Positions 54,593-64,000 of a stretch of DNA of 64,000 bases are shown here, in pieces. Made by a program: the position numbers and the translations under genes. Location: positions 4,308 to 68,307 of the forward strand of contig JBBSBA010000006.1 of the NCBI GenBank assembly GCA_038251725.1, in the 5' to 3' direction. Every line of letters starts with the position of its first letter. Positions within the stretch are counted from its first letter, which is position 1. The stretch is from Actinomycetales bacterium (GTDB lineage: Bacteria; Actinomycetota; Actinomycetes; Actinomycetales; Microbacteriaceae). The notes beneath the pieces are model-generated. The model was not told the DNA's origin, made no database searches, and saw only the letters and a list, made by a program, of their open reading frames with translations.

Positions 54593-56812
54593 TTAGCCCT
54601 CTTTGGTACTCGATGCGCCCGGAAGCGACTTCTGGATCTTCATGAGGAACTCGACGTTGCTCGACGTGTCCTTGAGCTGCGTGAGAACGAGCTCGAGGGC
54701 CTGCTGGGTCTCGAGACTGGCGAGAGCGCGGCGGAGCTTCCAGTTGACCTTGGTCTCGTCGACGCCCATGAGCATCTCTTCGCGACGGGTTCCGGACGCG
54801 TTCACGTCGACCGCGGGGAAGATGCGCTTGTCGGCCAGCTGGCGTGACAGGCGGAGCTCCATGTTGCCGGTGCCCTTGAACTCCTCGAAGATGACCTCGT
54901 CCATCTTGGACCCGGTCTCGACGAGCGCCGTGGCGAGGATCGTGAGCGATCCACCGTCCTCGATGTTGCGAGCCGCTCCGAAGAAGCGCTTCGGCGGGTA
55001 GAGGGCCGACGAGTCGACGCCTCCGGAGAGGATGCGACCCGATGCCGGCGCGGTGAGGTTGTAGGCGCGACCGAGGCGCGTGATCGAGTCGAGCAGCACG
55101 ACGACGTCGTGACCCAGCTCGACGAGGCGCTTCGCGCGCTCGATGGCGAGTTCGGCGACCGTGGTGTGGTCTTCGGCCGGACGGTCGAAGGTGGAGGCGA
55201 TGACCTCACCCTTCACCGTGCGCTGCATGTCGGTGACCTCTTCTGGTCGCTCGTCGACGAGAACGACCATGAGGTGGACCTCGGGGTTGTTCTTGGCGAT
55301 CGCGTTCGCAATGGCCTGGAGCACGAGCGTCTTGCCTGCCTTGGGCGGTGAGACGATCAGGCCACGCTGGCCCTTGCCGATCGGCGACACGAGGTCGATG
55401 ATGCGGGTCGTGAGCTTGCCCGACTCGGTCTCGAGGCGCAGGCGCTCCGAGGGGTAGAGCGGGGTGAGCTTGCCGAACTCGACGCGGTCCGCGGCCTGAT
55501 CGACGGGAAGACCGTTGATCGAGTCGATCTTGACGATGGCGTTGTACTTCTGGCGACCGGAGTTGTCGTTCTCCCGCGGCTGGCGGATCGCTCCGACGAC
55601 GGCGTCGCCCTTGCGCAGGTTGTACTTCTTGACCTGGCCGAGCGAGACGTAGACGTCGTTGTTGCCCGGCAGATAGCCGCTGGTGCGAACGAAGGCATAG
55701 TTGTCGAGCACGTCGAGGATGCCGGCCACCGGGATGAGCACGTCATCCTCGGTGATCTCGGGCTCGAAATCATCGTTGCCACCGGCGCCGCGACGCTTGC
55801 GGTCGCGGTAGCGGTTGCGGCCGCTGCGGTCGCCGTCGTCCTCGAGCGACTGCTGCTGGCGGTCATTCCCCTGCTGGCGGTCATTACCCTGCTGGCGGGC
55901 GTTGCCGCCCTGCTGGCGCTCCGCCTGATTCTGCTGGTTGCGGTTGTTGGAATTGCGACCATTGGCGCGCTGGCCATCGTTCTGCTCGGCGTTCTGCGCG
56001 TTTTGGTTCTGCGCACCCTGGTTCTGCGCACCCTGGTTCTGACTGCCGTCGTTCTGCTGGCGGTCGCCACGGTTGCGGTTGCGGTTGCGCGAGTTCCTGG
56101 TCGGCTGGACGTCGTCGGCCACAGCCTCGGCCTCGGCCTCCTGACCGGGAATGCGGTCAAGGCCTTCGGTCTTCTTCGAGTCCGCAACGGCGGCGCGCTC
56201 AGCCTCCTGGCCGGGAATCCGGTCGAGCCCCGCACTCAGCGCGGCGTCGGCCAGCGCGATGCGCTCGGCCTCCTGGCCGGGGATGCGGTCGAGACCCGCG
56301 GTCTGGTTCGAGTCCGCAACGGCGGCGCGCTCGGCCTCCTGGCCGGGAATCCGGTCGAGGCCGTGCTGCGCACGGTTCGCGTGGTCGGTCACCGACTTCG
56401 GCTCAGCCTTGGCTGCGGCACGGGTCGTGGCCGGGCGCCGCGGTTCGCGCTGCGTCGACTCGATGAGGGGCGCTTCCACGGCTCCGGCATCCACGATCGC
56501 GGTGCTCGCTCGACGCGATGCGCGCTTCTTCACCACCGGGGCCGCGGCGGCCTCGGCGGATGCGGCATCCGGTGCGACGACGGACGTCTCGGAGGCCGCG
56601 GGAGCCTCGGCGACGGACGCGTCGGTAGCGGGTGTGCCGGGGGTTTCGGCGCTGTTCTGGATCTCGGAAATTGCATCCACGAGCTCTCCTTTACGAAGTT
56701 TGGACGAGCCACTGAGGCCGAGTTCGGCCGCGAGAGCCTGAAGCTCTGGGAGGCGAAGTTTGGCAAGGGCGGTTGAGTCCGGGCGAGTGGCACGGACAGT
56801 GAGGTCAGTCAC
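54593..56812 (-). CDS. rho: Transcription termination factor Rho with a large N-terminal insertion
   Basis: GKGQRGLIVSPPKAGKT, LVDERPEEVTD, LLDSITRL, FKGTGNME; start probably GTG 56812 (SD GAAAGGAA). Confidence 0.98.
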   Translation of the reverse strand: MTDLTVRATRPDSTALAKLRLPELQALAAELGLSGSSKLRKGELVDAISEIQNSAETPGTPATDASVAEAPAASETSVVAPDAASAEAAAAPVVKKRASRRASTAIVDAGAVEAPLIESTQREPRRPATTRAAAKAEPKSVTDHANRAQHGLDRIPGQEAERAAVADSNQTAGLDRIPGQEAERIALADAALSAGLDRIPGQEAERAAVADSKKTEGLDRIPGQEAEAEAVADDVQPTRNSRNRNRNRGDRQQNDGSQNQGAQNQGAQNQNAQNAEQNDGQRANGRNSNNRNQQNQAERQQGGNARQQGNDRQQGNDRQQQSLEDDGDRSGRNRYRDRKRRGAGGNDDFEPEITEDDVLIPVAGILDVLDNYAFVRTSGYLPGNNDVYVSLGQVKKYNLRKGDAVVGAIRQPRENDNSGRQKYNAIVKIDSINGLPVDQAADRVEFGKLTPLYPSERLRLETESGKLTTRIIDLVSPIGKGQRGLIVSPPKAGKTLVLQAIANAIAKNNPEVHLMVVLVDERPEEVTDMQRTVKGEVIASTFDRPAEDHTTVAELAIERAKRLVELGHDVVVLLDSITRLGRAYNLTAPASGRILSGGVDSSALYPPKRFFGAARNIEDGGSLTILATALVETGSKMDEVIFEEFKGTGNMELRLSRQLADKRIFPAVDVNASGTRREEMLMGVDETKVNWKLRRALASLETQQALELVLTQLKDTSSNVEFLMKIQKSLPGASSTKEG
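56114..56362 (-). repeat. Four 66-bp (22-aa) tandem repeats in the Rho insertion
   Basis: GLDRIPGQEAE cores at 56330-56362, 56264-56296, 56198-56230 and 56132-56164. Confidence 0.95.
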
Positions 56813-57004
56813 TAAGAGGGTTCCTTTCCCCTCGCAAGTTCCGCACCTGACAGGCACGACTGAATCTTGCGGGAGAGCTAGACGTTCGGTGCTTTCGCTG
56901 CGGGTAGCCCAGATGCGAATTCACGCAACTGCGCGGTGAAACAAGCGTTGTTCACGAAAACAGGGAAGCGATTGCTGGTGATTATGCGTTTCCGGGGCTT
57001 TCGA

Positions 57005-57973
57005 CTATGCCGAGTTATCTACCGGGTGCATTGTCACTGTAGCACCTTTGAAGTCCACAGCCAGCAGCAGCGACTGCCACGGCGAGCCGTGGCGCGCGGC
57101 CACCAGATCGGCCGCAAGCAGACGCTGGGCCGGGTCGCTGCACAGCACGAGGATCGAGGGACCGGCGCCCGAGACCACCGCCGGCAGCCCGTGGGACCGC
57201 AGTTCGAGGATGAGCGATTCGGTCTCCGGCATCGCCGCCGCACGGTAGCTCTGGTGCAGCTTGTCCTCGGTGGCCGCGAGCAGCAGTTCCGGACTCTGGA
57301 TGAGGGCGGCGATGAGCAGCGCGGAACGCGAGACGTTGAAGATCGCGTCCTCGTGGGGAACGGATACCGGACGAAGGCTTCGCGCGAGCTCGGTCGACAT
57401 GGTCGACTCTGGCACCGCGATGAGCGGTGAGACGCCGCGGTGCACGATCAGCTTCTTGTGCTGCGGTCCGGCATCCGTCGTCCAGGCGATGGTGAGGCCG
57501 CCGAAGAGCGCGGGCGCCACGTTGTCGGGGTGCCCCTCGAGGGCGGTCGCGAGCGCGAGAAGGGTGTTGGAATCGATGTCGACGATGCCGTCAAGCAGTC
57601 CCTTGGCCGCCATGATTCCCGAGACGATTGCCGCGCCGGATGACCCGAGCCCTCGCCCGTGCGGGATGTCGTTGCGGGCCACGAGGTCCAACCCCGGAAG
57701 CGGCTGGCCGAAGTGGGCGAACGTGTACGCGATGGTCGTGACGACGAGATTGGACTCGTCGGTCGGCACCTCCCCCTCGCCGACGCCGATCACCTCGACC
57801 GTCGCGCCCGGGGCATCCCGAACCGTCACCGTGAGCTCGTCGTAGAGCGACAGCGCGAGGCCGAGCGTGTCGAAGCCTGGCCCGAGGTTGGCCGTGGTCG
57901 CCGGAACGCGCACAGTCACCGAGCGGCCCGCAAACTGGGCGAGCGTGCCCGCGGGAGTCTCTACTGCGTTCAC
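57005..57973 (-). CDS. thrB: Homoserine kinase
   Basis: PATTANLGPGFD, PHGRGLGSSGAA, EGHPDN, SGAGP; GTG start overlaps the thrC stop. Confidence 0.96.
   Translation of the reverse strand: MNAVETPAGTLAQFAGRSVTVRVPATTANLGPGFDTLGLALSLYDELTVTVRDAPGATVEVIGVGEGEVPTDESNLVVTTIAYTFAHFGQPLPGLDLVARNDIPHGRGLGSSGAAIVSGIMAAKGLLDGIVDIDSNTLLALATALEGHPDNVAPALFGGLTIAWTTDAGPQHKKLIVHRGVSPLIAVPESTMSTELARSLRPVSVPHEDAIFNVSRSALLIAALIQSPELLLAATEDKLHQSYRAAAMPETESLILELRSHGLPAVVSGAGPSILVLCSDPAQRLLAADLVAARHGSPWQSLLLAVDFKGATVTMHPVDNSA
57036..57044 (-). promoter_or_regulatory. Extended -10 element (TGcTACAGT) for rho, inside the thrB 3' end
   Basis: Matches TGnTAnnnT; implies a ~215-nt leader before GTG 56812. Confidence 0.55.
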
Positions 57974-59052
57974 ACCGATGCTTTGGAGAGGCCGAGGACC
58001 CCGGCCACCTCGTCCGTGTCGTTCGCGACGACGGTGGGGGTGATCTCCGAGCCGTCCGCCGTGCGGAGCGCCCACTGCGGGTCCTTGAGGCCGTGGCCGG
58101 TGACGGTGAGCACCACCGTCGATCCCTTCGGGATCTGTCCGGCCTCCGCGCGCTCGAGCAGTCCGGCGACGCTGATCGCCGAGGCGGGTTCGACGAAGAT
58201 GCCGACCTCGGCCGACAGCATCCGATAGGCCTCGAGGATGTGCGGGTCGGAAATGGCCCCGAAGTAGCCGTCGGTGAGCTCGCGCGCGGTGATGGCGGGT
58301 TCCCACGAGGCGGGGTTTCCGATGCGGATGGCGCTCGCGATGGTGTCGGGGTTCTTGACGACGTGGCCGAGCACGATCGGCGCGCTGCCCGCGGCCTGGA
58401 AGCCGAACATTCGCGGCAGCTTCGTTGTGGTCCCGCGGGCCAGGTCTTCGGCGTAGCCGCGCGAATAGGCCGTGTAGTTGCCGGCATTGCCGACCGGCAC
58501 GATGTGGATGTCGGGCGCGTCTCCCAGCACCTCGACGACCTCGAAGGCCGCCGTCTTCTGCCCCTCGATGCGGTCGTTGTTGACCGAGTTCACCAGGTGC
58601 ACGGGGTAGTTCGCGGCGAGGTCGCGCGCGATGTCGAGACAGTCGTCGAAATTGCCCTGGATCTGCAGCAGCTCCGCGTTGTGGGCGATCGCCTGGGCGA
58701 GCTTGCCGAGCGCGATCTTGCCCTCCGGAACGAGCACGGCGGCCTTGATGCCCGCGTGGGTCGCGTACGCCGCGGCCGATGCCGAGGTATTGCCGGTCGA
58801 GGCGCAGATGACCGCCTTCGCGCCGGCCTCGACGGCCTTCGAGACGGCCATCGTCATGCCGCGGTCCTTGAACGAACCGGTGGGGTTCATTCCCTCGTAC
58901 TTGACCCAGACGTGTGCTCCCGTGCGTGCGGACAGCGCGGGGGCCGGGATGAGCGGCGTGCCGCCCTCCCCGAGGGTCACGATCGGCGTGGCATCCGAAA
59001 TGTCAAGACGGTCTGCGTACTCGCGGAGGACTCCGCGCCACTGGTGGGCCAT
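57970..59052 (-). CDS. thrC: Threonine synthase
   Basis: EGMNPTGSFKDRG, ASTGNT, PVGNAGN, EPASA. Confidence 0.97.
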   Translation of the reverse strand: MAHQWRGVLREYADRLDISDATPIVTLGEGGTPLIPAPALSARTGAHVWVKYEGMNPTGSFKDRGMTMAVSKAVEAGAKAVICASTGNTSASAAAYATHAGIKAAVLVPEGKIALGKLAQAIAHNAELLQIQGNFDDCLDIARDLAANYPVHLVNSVNNDRIEGQKTAAFEVVEVLGDAPDIHIVPVGNAGNYTAYSRGYAEDLARGTTTKLPRMFGFQAAGSAPIVLGHVVKNPDTIASAIRIGNPASWEPAITARELTDGYFGAISDPHILEAYRMLSAEVGIFVEPASAISVAGLLERAEAGQIPKGSTVVLTVTGHGLKDPQWALRTADGSEITPTVVANDTDEVAGVLGLSKASV

Positions 59053-60371
59053 TATGAACCTTCTACTCTCAATACGGACGTGACCTGGCGCACGACCCCG
59101 CTCGATTCGAGCTGATGGACGGTCGCCGCCAGATCGGCTTCGGATGCCTGGTGGGTGCCAATGACAAGGGTAGCCGTGGGCACAGCGACGGTCGTCTCAT
59201 TGGCGACCGATTGCGTAACGGTCTCCACCGAGACGCCGTGCTCGCTGAACAGCGTGGCGACCGCGGCGAGGACTCCCGGCTGGTCGACGACGCTGAGCGT
59301 GATCTGGTACCGGGTGATCACCCGGGAGATCGGCAGGATCGGCAGGTTCGCATGGGTGGATTCCGCCACGCCCGGGCCGCCGATCACGTGACGGCGAGCC
59401 GCCGACACCAGGTCGCCGAGCACGGCGGAGGCGGTCTCGATGCCGCCGGCTCCCGCACCATAGAACATGAGGTCGCCGGCCGCCTCGGCCTCGATGAACA
59501 CCGCGTTCTTGGCACCATGGACAGCTGCGAGGGGATGATCGCGCGGCACGAGCGCGGGGTAGACGCGGGCCGACACGCCGTCGACTCCGTCGACGTCGGT
59601 GAGTCGCTCGCAGATGGCGAGCAGCTTGATCACATAGCCGGCCGTGCGAGCGGCATCCACCTGCGCGGGGGTGATACCGGTGATTCCCTCGCGGTACACC
59701 GCATCGAGCGGGACCCTGGTGTGGAAGGCGAGGCTGGCGAGAATCGCGGTCTTCTGGGCGGCGTCGTAGCCCTCGATGTCGGCCGACGGGTCGGACTTCT
59801 CGGCGTAGCCGAGTTCGGTCGCGGTGGCGAGCGCGTCCTCGAGGGACTCCCCCGCGGTGTCCATGCGGTCGAGGATGAAGTTTGTCGTGCCGTTGACGAT
59901 GCCGAGGATGCGCTTGATCCGGTCCCCGGCGAGGCTGTCGCGCAGCGGACGGATGATCGGGATCGCACCAGCGACGGCCGCCTCGTAGTACAGCTGGGCA
60001 CCCACCTGCTCCGCCGCCTCGAACAGCTCGAGACCGTGGGTCGCGAGCAGCGCCTTGTTGCCGGTGATCACATCCGCACCGGAGTTGAGAGCCTGGAGGA
60101 TGAGCGTGCGGGCCGGCTCGAGGCCGCCCATCAGCTCGATCACGATGTCGGCGCCGAGGATGAGCGCCTCCGCATCGGTGGTGAGCAGTTCCTTCGGGAT
60201 CTCGGTGCTGCGCGGCGCGTCGATGTCGCGCACCGCGACGCCCACGAGCTCGAGGCCGGCTCCCGCGCGGTTCGCGAGCTCCGGTCCGTGCTCGATCAGC
60301 AACGACGCCACCTGGGCGCCGACAGATCCGGCGCCCAGCAGTGCAACTCTGAGGTTGCGGTACTCGATCAT
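59052..60371 (-). CDS. hom: Homoserine dehydrogenase with C-terminal ACT domain
   Basis: LGAGSVG, EAAVAGAIP, NGTTNFIL, DIEGYDAAQK. Confidence 0.97.
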   Translation of the reverse strand: MIEYRNLRVALLGAGSVGAQVASLLIEHGPELANRAGAGLELVGVAVRDIDAPRSTEIPKELLTTDAEALILGADIVIELMGGLEPARTLILQALNSGADVITGNKALLATHGLELFEAAEQVGAQLYYEAAVAGAIPIIRPLRDSLAGDRIKRILGIVNGTTNFILDRMDTAGESLEDALATATELGYAEKSDPSADIEGYDAAQKTAILASLAFHTRVPLDAVYREGITGITPAQVDAARTAGYVIKLLAICERLTDVDGVDGVSARVYPALVPRDHPLAAVHGAKNAVFIEAEAAGDLMFYGAGAGGIETASAVLGDLVSAARRHVIGGPGVAESTHANLPILPISRVITRYQITLSVVDQPGVLAAVATLFSEHGVSVETVTQSVANETTVAVPTATLVIGTHQASEADLAATVHQLESSGVVRQVTSVLRVEGS

Positions 60372-61783
60372 TGTGCTCCGTTCGGGTTGACGCGGATTCC
60401 GGCGTCGCGGGAAAGCAGGTCGGCTTCGGTCTCGCCGCGCACGATCACCCGGGCGGCGCCGTCGGAGACGGCGACCACTGCGGGCCTGGCGAGGTAGTTA
60501 TAGTTGCTGGCCATCGCCCAGCAGTATGCGCCGGTGGCGGGCACCGCGAGCAGGTCGCCGGGGGCCACGTCGCCTGGCAGGTATTCGGCCAGTACGACGA
60601 TGTCGCCGCTCTCGCAGTGTTTTCCGGCCACGCGCACGAGCGCGGCGTCCGCGTCGGAACGGCGGCTGGCGATCCGTGCGGAATAGTCCGCCGCGTAGAG
60701 GGCGGGACGGATGTTGTCGCTCATGCCGCCGTCGATGCTCACGTACTTGCGCACCGCGGAACCCTCATCGAGCGAGACCTCCACGTCTTTGATGGTGCCG
60801 ACCTCGTAGAGGGTGAAGGTGGACGGCCCCACGATCGACCGGCCCGGCTCCACTGCGACGACCGGGATCGGGATGCCGAGCCTCGCGCACTCGCTCGCCA
60901 CGATGTCGGCGAATTGCGCCGCGATCTCGGGAACCGGCATGGCGTCGTCGGCGGTCGTGTAGGCGATCCCGAACCCGCCACCGAGGTTGAGTTCGGGGAT
61001 CGGTCCGCCCGCGAGCAGGGTCGCGTGCAGGGCGAGCAGCCGGGACGCCGACTCGACGAACCCGTCGGATTCGAAGATCTGCGAACCGATGTGCGAGTGC
61101 AATCCGAGGAAGGCCAGCGAGTCGTGCGAACGGATCGCGGCCACGGCCTCCGGTGCGTCCGCGATCGTGATGCCGAACTTCTGGTCCTCACGGGCCGTCG
61201 CGAGGTATTCGTGGGTGTGCGCGTGAACGCCGCTGTTGAGGCGCAACCGTACCGGCTGCACCCGGGAGTGCCGTGCCGCGGCATCCGCGACCCGTTCGAT
61301 CTCGATCTCGCTGTCGATCACGATGACGCCGACACCGTCCCGCACCGCGCGGTCGATCTCGGCGAGCGACTTGTTGTTGCCGTGGAAGCCGAGCAGCGCC
61401 GGCGAGACACCCGCGGCGAGCGCGACGGCGAACTCTCCCCCGCTGCTGACGTCGATGTAGAGGCCGGCCTCGGTGACCCAGCGGGCGATATCCGTTGAGA
61501 GGAACGCCTTTCCGGCGTAGTAGACCTTGGCGGAGGAACCGACGCGGGCGAACTCGCGGTCGAACGCCTCACGCGCGCCAAGGGCGCGGGAGCGGACATC
61601 CGCCTCATCCACAACGTAGAGCGGCGTTCCGTACTTCTCGGCGAGGGCGGAAGCGGTGACGCCGGCGACCTGCAACTCGCCGGCGACGGTGCGTGAGGCG
61701 TTCCGCGACCAAACCGAGGCGGCAAGCTCGTTCGCATCGTCGGGGTGGGCCAGCCACGATGGCGCGAGCGGATTCACGGTCAC
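60368..61783 (-). CDS. lysA: Diaminopimelate decarboxylase
   Basis: YYAGKAF, HSHIGSQ, LGGGFG, EPGRS, HCESGD, GAYC. Confidence 0.97.
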   Translation of the reverse strand: MTVNPLAPSWLAHPDDANELAASVWSRNASRTVAGELQVAGVTASALAEKYGTPLYVVDEADVRSRALGAREAFDREFARVGSSAKVYYAGKAFLSTDIARWVTEAGLYIDVSSGGEFAVALAAGVSPALLGFHGNNKSLAEIDRAVRDGVGVIVIDSEIEIERVADAAARHSRVQPVRLRLNSGVHAHTHEYLATAREDQKFGITIADAPEAVAAIRSHDSLAFLGLHSHIGSQIFESDGFVESASRLLALHATLLAGGPIPELNLGGGFGIAYTTADDAMPVPEIAAQFADIVASECARLGIPIPVVAVEPGRSIVGPSTFTLYEVGTIKDVEVSLDEGSAVRKYVSIDGGMSDNIRPALYAADYSARIASRRSDADAALVRVAGKHCESGDIVVLAEYLPGDVAPGDLLAVPATGAYCWAMASNYNYLARPAVVAVSDGAARVIVRGETEADLLSRDAGIRVNPNGAQ

Positions 61784-62574
61784 GGGCAGGTTCCCTTCGT
61801 CGTCAGCAGCGTGTCGTTCAGCAGAAGGGACGAACCGGTGACGGAAAGCTGAACATCCGCGCCGGTCACCGCGACGGCGTCGAGGCGCAGGGCCTTTGGC
61901 AGGTACTTCGCGACGCAGATCTTCTGCGGGGCGAGCACGGAGTCCGCGACCAAACCGAACGACGAGCGGATCTCGGCCGATGTGAGGGCCTTGCCGCCGA
62001 CGGTGACATCGGTGGGGGTGAGCACGAGCTGGCCCTTGTCAGCCGAGGGGGCGAGCGACATCGATATCGGAAGGGACACCCCGAGCACGGAGAACGAGGT
62101 TCCCACCTTCACCACGCCCGCGCCGAGAGACAGCGACGAAATGGGCACCGAACCGTAGCCGGCGAGGAGCTTCTGCACCTGGGCCTGGTCGATGGTGAAG
62201 ACGAGGCGGACGCCGTCGATCGGCTTGCTCTGGTCGATCGGGACGCCGGTGGCCGTGAGCGTGGCGTTGCCGGTCAGGTCGCCGACGTGCAGCGCATCGA
62301 CTGTGACATCCACCCGCTCGAGGGATCCGGTGGCCAGTTGCGCCAGGACCGAGAAGCCGCCAACGGTCACGGAGACCGGGGTGGATGCCGGAAGCGCGAG
62401 GGAGGAGCGCACCTTGGTCTGGATGAGGTTCGCCGCGTACCCGCGTGCGACCCCGTCGAGGAGGACGGCCGCCACGACGAGCGCCACGAGGATGCCGATT
62501 GCGATGATGCCGCGCGCGCGGCGGTGCCGACGACGCGGCCGCTCGACGGTGTCGAGCCGTGCAGTCTTTGGCAT
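61780..62574 (-). CDS. DUF2993 / LmeA-like membrane-anchored exported protein
   Basis: Basic N-terminus + TM helix, then VSVTVGGFSVLAQLATGSLERVDV; start ATG 62574. Confidence 0.75.
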   Translation of the reverse strand: MPKTARLDTVERPRRRHRRARGIIAIGILVALVVAAVLLDGVARGYAANLIQTKVRSSLALPASTPVSVTVGGFSVLAQLATGSLERVDVTVDALHVGDLTGNATLTATGVPIDQSKPIDGVRLVFTIDQAQVQKLLAGYGSVPISSLSLGAGVVKVGTSFSVLGVSLPISMSLAPSADKGQLVLTPTDVTVGGKALTSAEIRSSFGLVADSVLAPQKICVAKYLPKALRLDAVAVTGADVQLSVTGSSLLLNDTLLTTKGTCP

Positions 62575-62578
62575 GGCG

Positions 62579-64000
62579 CTACATCCGCTCTGGCGCCGAG
62601 ACGCCGAGCAGTCCGAGGGCGTTGCGCAGCACCGTGCCCGTGGCGTCGTTGAGCCAGAGGCGGGTGCGGTGCACGTCGGTGACCGGCTCGTCCCCGAGCG
62701 GGGTGACTCGGCAGTTGTCGTACCAGCGGTGATAGGCGCCGGCGAGTTCCTCGGCATACCGGGCGACGCGATGCGGCTCGCGCAGCTCCGCGGCCTGGGT
62801 CACGACACGCGGGAATTCCGCGAGGATGCCGAGCAGCTCGCTCTCGCTCTCGTGGGTGAGCAGCGACGCATCGAAGACGCTGCGGTCCACGCCGCTGTCC
62901 GCCGCGTTGCGCGCGACCGAGCAGGTGCGGGCGTGGGCGTACTGCACGTAGAACACCGGGTTGTCGTTGGTGCGCTTGGAGATCAGGTCGAGGTCGATGT
63001 CGAGCTGCGAGTCGCTGGAGGAGCGCACGAGCGAATAGCGGGCGGCATCCACCCCCACCGCGTCGACGAGGTCCTCGAGCACGACGACGGTTCCGGCGCG
63101 CTTGCTCATCCGCTGCGGCGTGCCGTCCTTCAACAGGTTGACCATCTGACCGATGAGGATCTCGAGGTTCACGTACGGTTCGTCGCCGAAGGCGGAGGTC
63201 ATGGCCATCAGGCGCTTGACGTAACCGTGGTGATCGGCGCCGAGCATGATCAGGTTGCGCTCGAAGCCGCGCTCGCGCTTGTTCAGGTAGTAGGCGAGGT
63301 CGCCAGAGATGTAGGCGGCCTCACCGTCGCTCTTGATCACGACACGGTCCTTGTCGTCGCCGAAGTCGGTGGTGCGCAGCCAGGTGGCACCCTCCTCCCG
63401 ATAGACGTGACCCAGCTTGTCCAGCCGCGTGATGGCGCGCTCGACCGCACCGGTGTCGTGCAGCTCGTTCTCATGGAAGTAGACGTCGAAGTCGACGCCG
63501 AAGTCGTGCAGGCTCTTCTTGATGTCGCCGAACATGAGGTCGACGCCGATGGAGCGGAAGACCTCCTGCTGCTCGTCGCGCGGCAGCTCGGCGAGGTCCT
63601 CCGCGTCGCAGGTGGCAACCACGCGATCGGCGATGTCGGAAATGTACTCTCCGCCATAGCCGTCTTCCGGCGTCGTCTCACCGAGATAGCTTGCGAGCAG
63701 GCTGCGGGCGAAACGGTCGATCTGGCTGCCGTGATCGTTGAAGTAATACTCGCGGGTGACGTTGGCGCCCTCGGCCGTGAAGATGCGCGCGAGGCTGTCT
63801 CCGACGGCCGCCCAGCGCACCCCGCCGAGGTGGATGGGGCCGGTCGGGTTGGCGGAGACGAACTCCAGGTTGATCTTCAGGCCCGCATACAGGCTGCCAC
63901 GGCCGTAGTCGGGGCCCTGCTCGACGATCGACCTGGCCAGTGCGCCGGCGGCCGCGGCGTCAAGTGAAATGTTGATGAAGCCGGGTCCGGCGACGTCGAC
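62579..64000 (-). CDS. argS: Arginine--tRNA ligase (5' end outside the window)
   Basis: Frame open to the window edge: [43 protein letters not shown]. Confidence 0.98.
   Translation of the reverse strand, partial: VDVAGPGFINISLDAAAAGALARSIVEQGPDYGRGSLYAGLKINLEFVSANPTGPIHLGGVRWAAVGDSLARIFTAEGANVTREYYFNDHGSQIDRFARSLLASYLGETTPEDGYGGEYISDIADRVVATCDAEDLAELPRDEQQEVFRSIGVDLMFGDIKKSLHDFGVDFDVYFHENELHDTGAVERAITRLDKLGHVYREEGATWLRTTDFGDDKDRVVIKSDGEAAYISGDLAYYLNKRERGFERNLIMLGADHHGYVKRLMAMTSAFGDEPYVNLEILIGQMVNLLKDGTPQRMSKRAGTVVVLEDLVDAVGVDAARYSLVRSSSDSQLDIDLDLISKRTNDNPVFYVQYAHARTCSVARNAADSGVDRSVFDASLLTHESESELLGILAEFPRVVTQAAELREPHRVARYAEELAGAYHRWYDNCRVTPLGDEPVTDVHRTRLWLNDATGTVLRNALGLLGVSAPERM

Noticed and set aside
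56114-56362. Regular repeats considered as a CRISPR array
   Set aside because: In frame within rho, 66-bp period with conserved coding spacers, no cas genes.
57974-58306. N-terminal extension of the thrB ORF
   Set aside because: Overlaps thrC in another frame; GTGA coupling marks the start at 57973.
61693-63967. Long plus-strand ORFs opposite lysA, the DUF2993 gene and argS
   Set aside because: Antisense to well-supported genes; shadow frames.

Overview
High-GC actinobacterial chromosome segment; gene order and content point to Microbacteriaceae (inference). Left to right: (1) a polyamine/omega-amine uptake and catabolism locus (probable gabT 3' end, asparaginase II, class III transaminase, PotABCD-type ABC importer, alanine dehydrogenase); (2) an ~18 kb co-oriented minus-strand cluster: FHA - PP2C phosphatase - Hanks Ser/Thr kinase - ~1960-aa Ig/cadherin/Fn3 surface protein - MoxR AAA+ - DUF58 - transglutaminase-like membrane protein lacking its catalytic Cys/His - double zinc-ribbon FHA - EccC-like FtsK ATPase. 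Its core order matches the bifidobacterial PFNA operon, it has extra modules, and it is the best candidate for an uncharacterised system here; (3) the second half of the amine catabolism locus (aminobutyraldehyde dehydrogenase, Lrp/AsnC regulator, class III aminotransferase, FAD oxidoreductase), sharing a candidate operator with part 1; (4) a HEXXH membrane protein, TetR plus heterodimeric ABC exporter, redox enzymes, ogt-tag, yaaA; (5) the F1F0 atp operon and the conserved core block argS-lmeA-like-lysA-hom-thrC-thrB-rho-prfA-prmC-tsaC-wecA. Rho carries four 22-aa tandem repeats, an 82-aa segment that is 52% Q/N, and a long structured leader. No rRNA, tRNA, CRISPR array, transposase or integrase was seen. 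All calls come from reading motifs by eye; no searches were run. Start codons were re-picked by hand where the ORF track over-extends.
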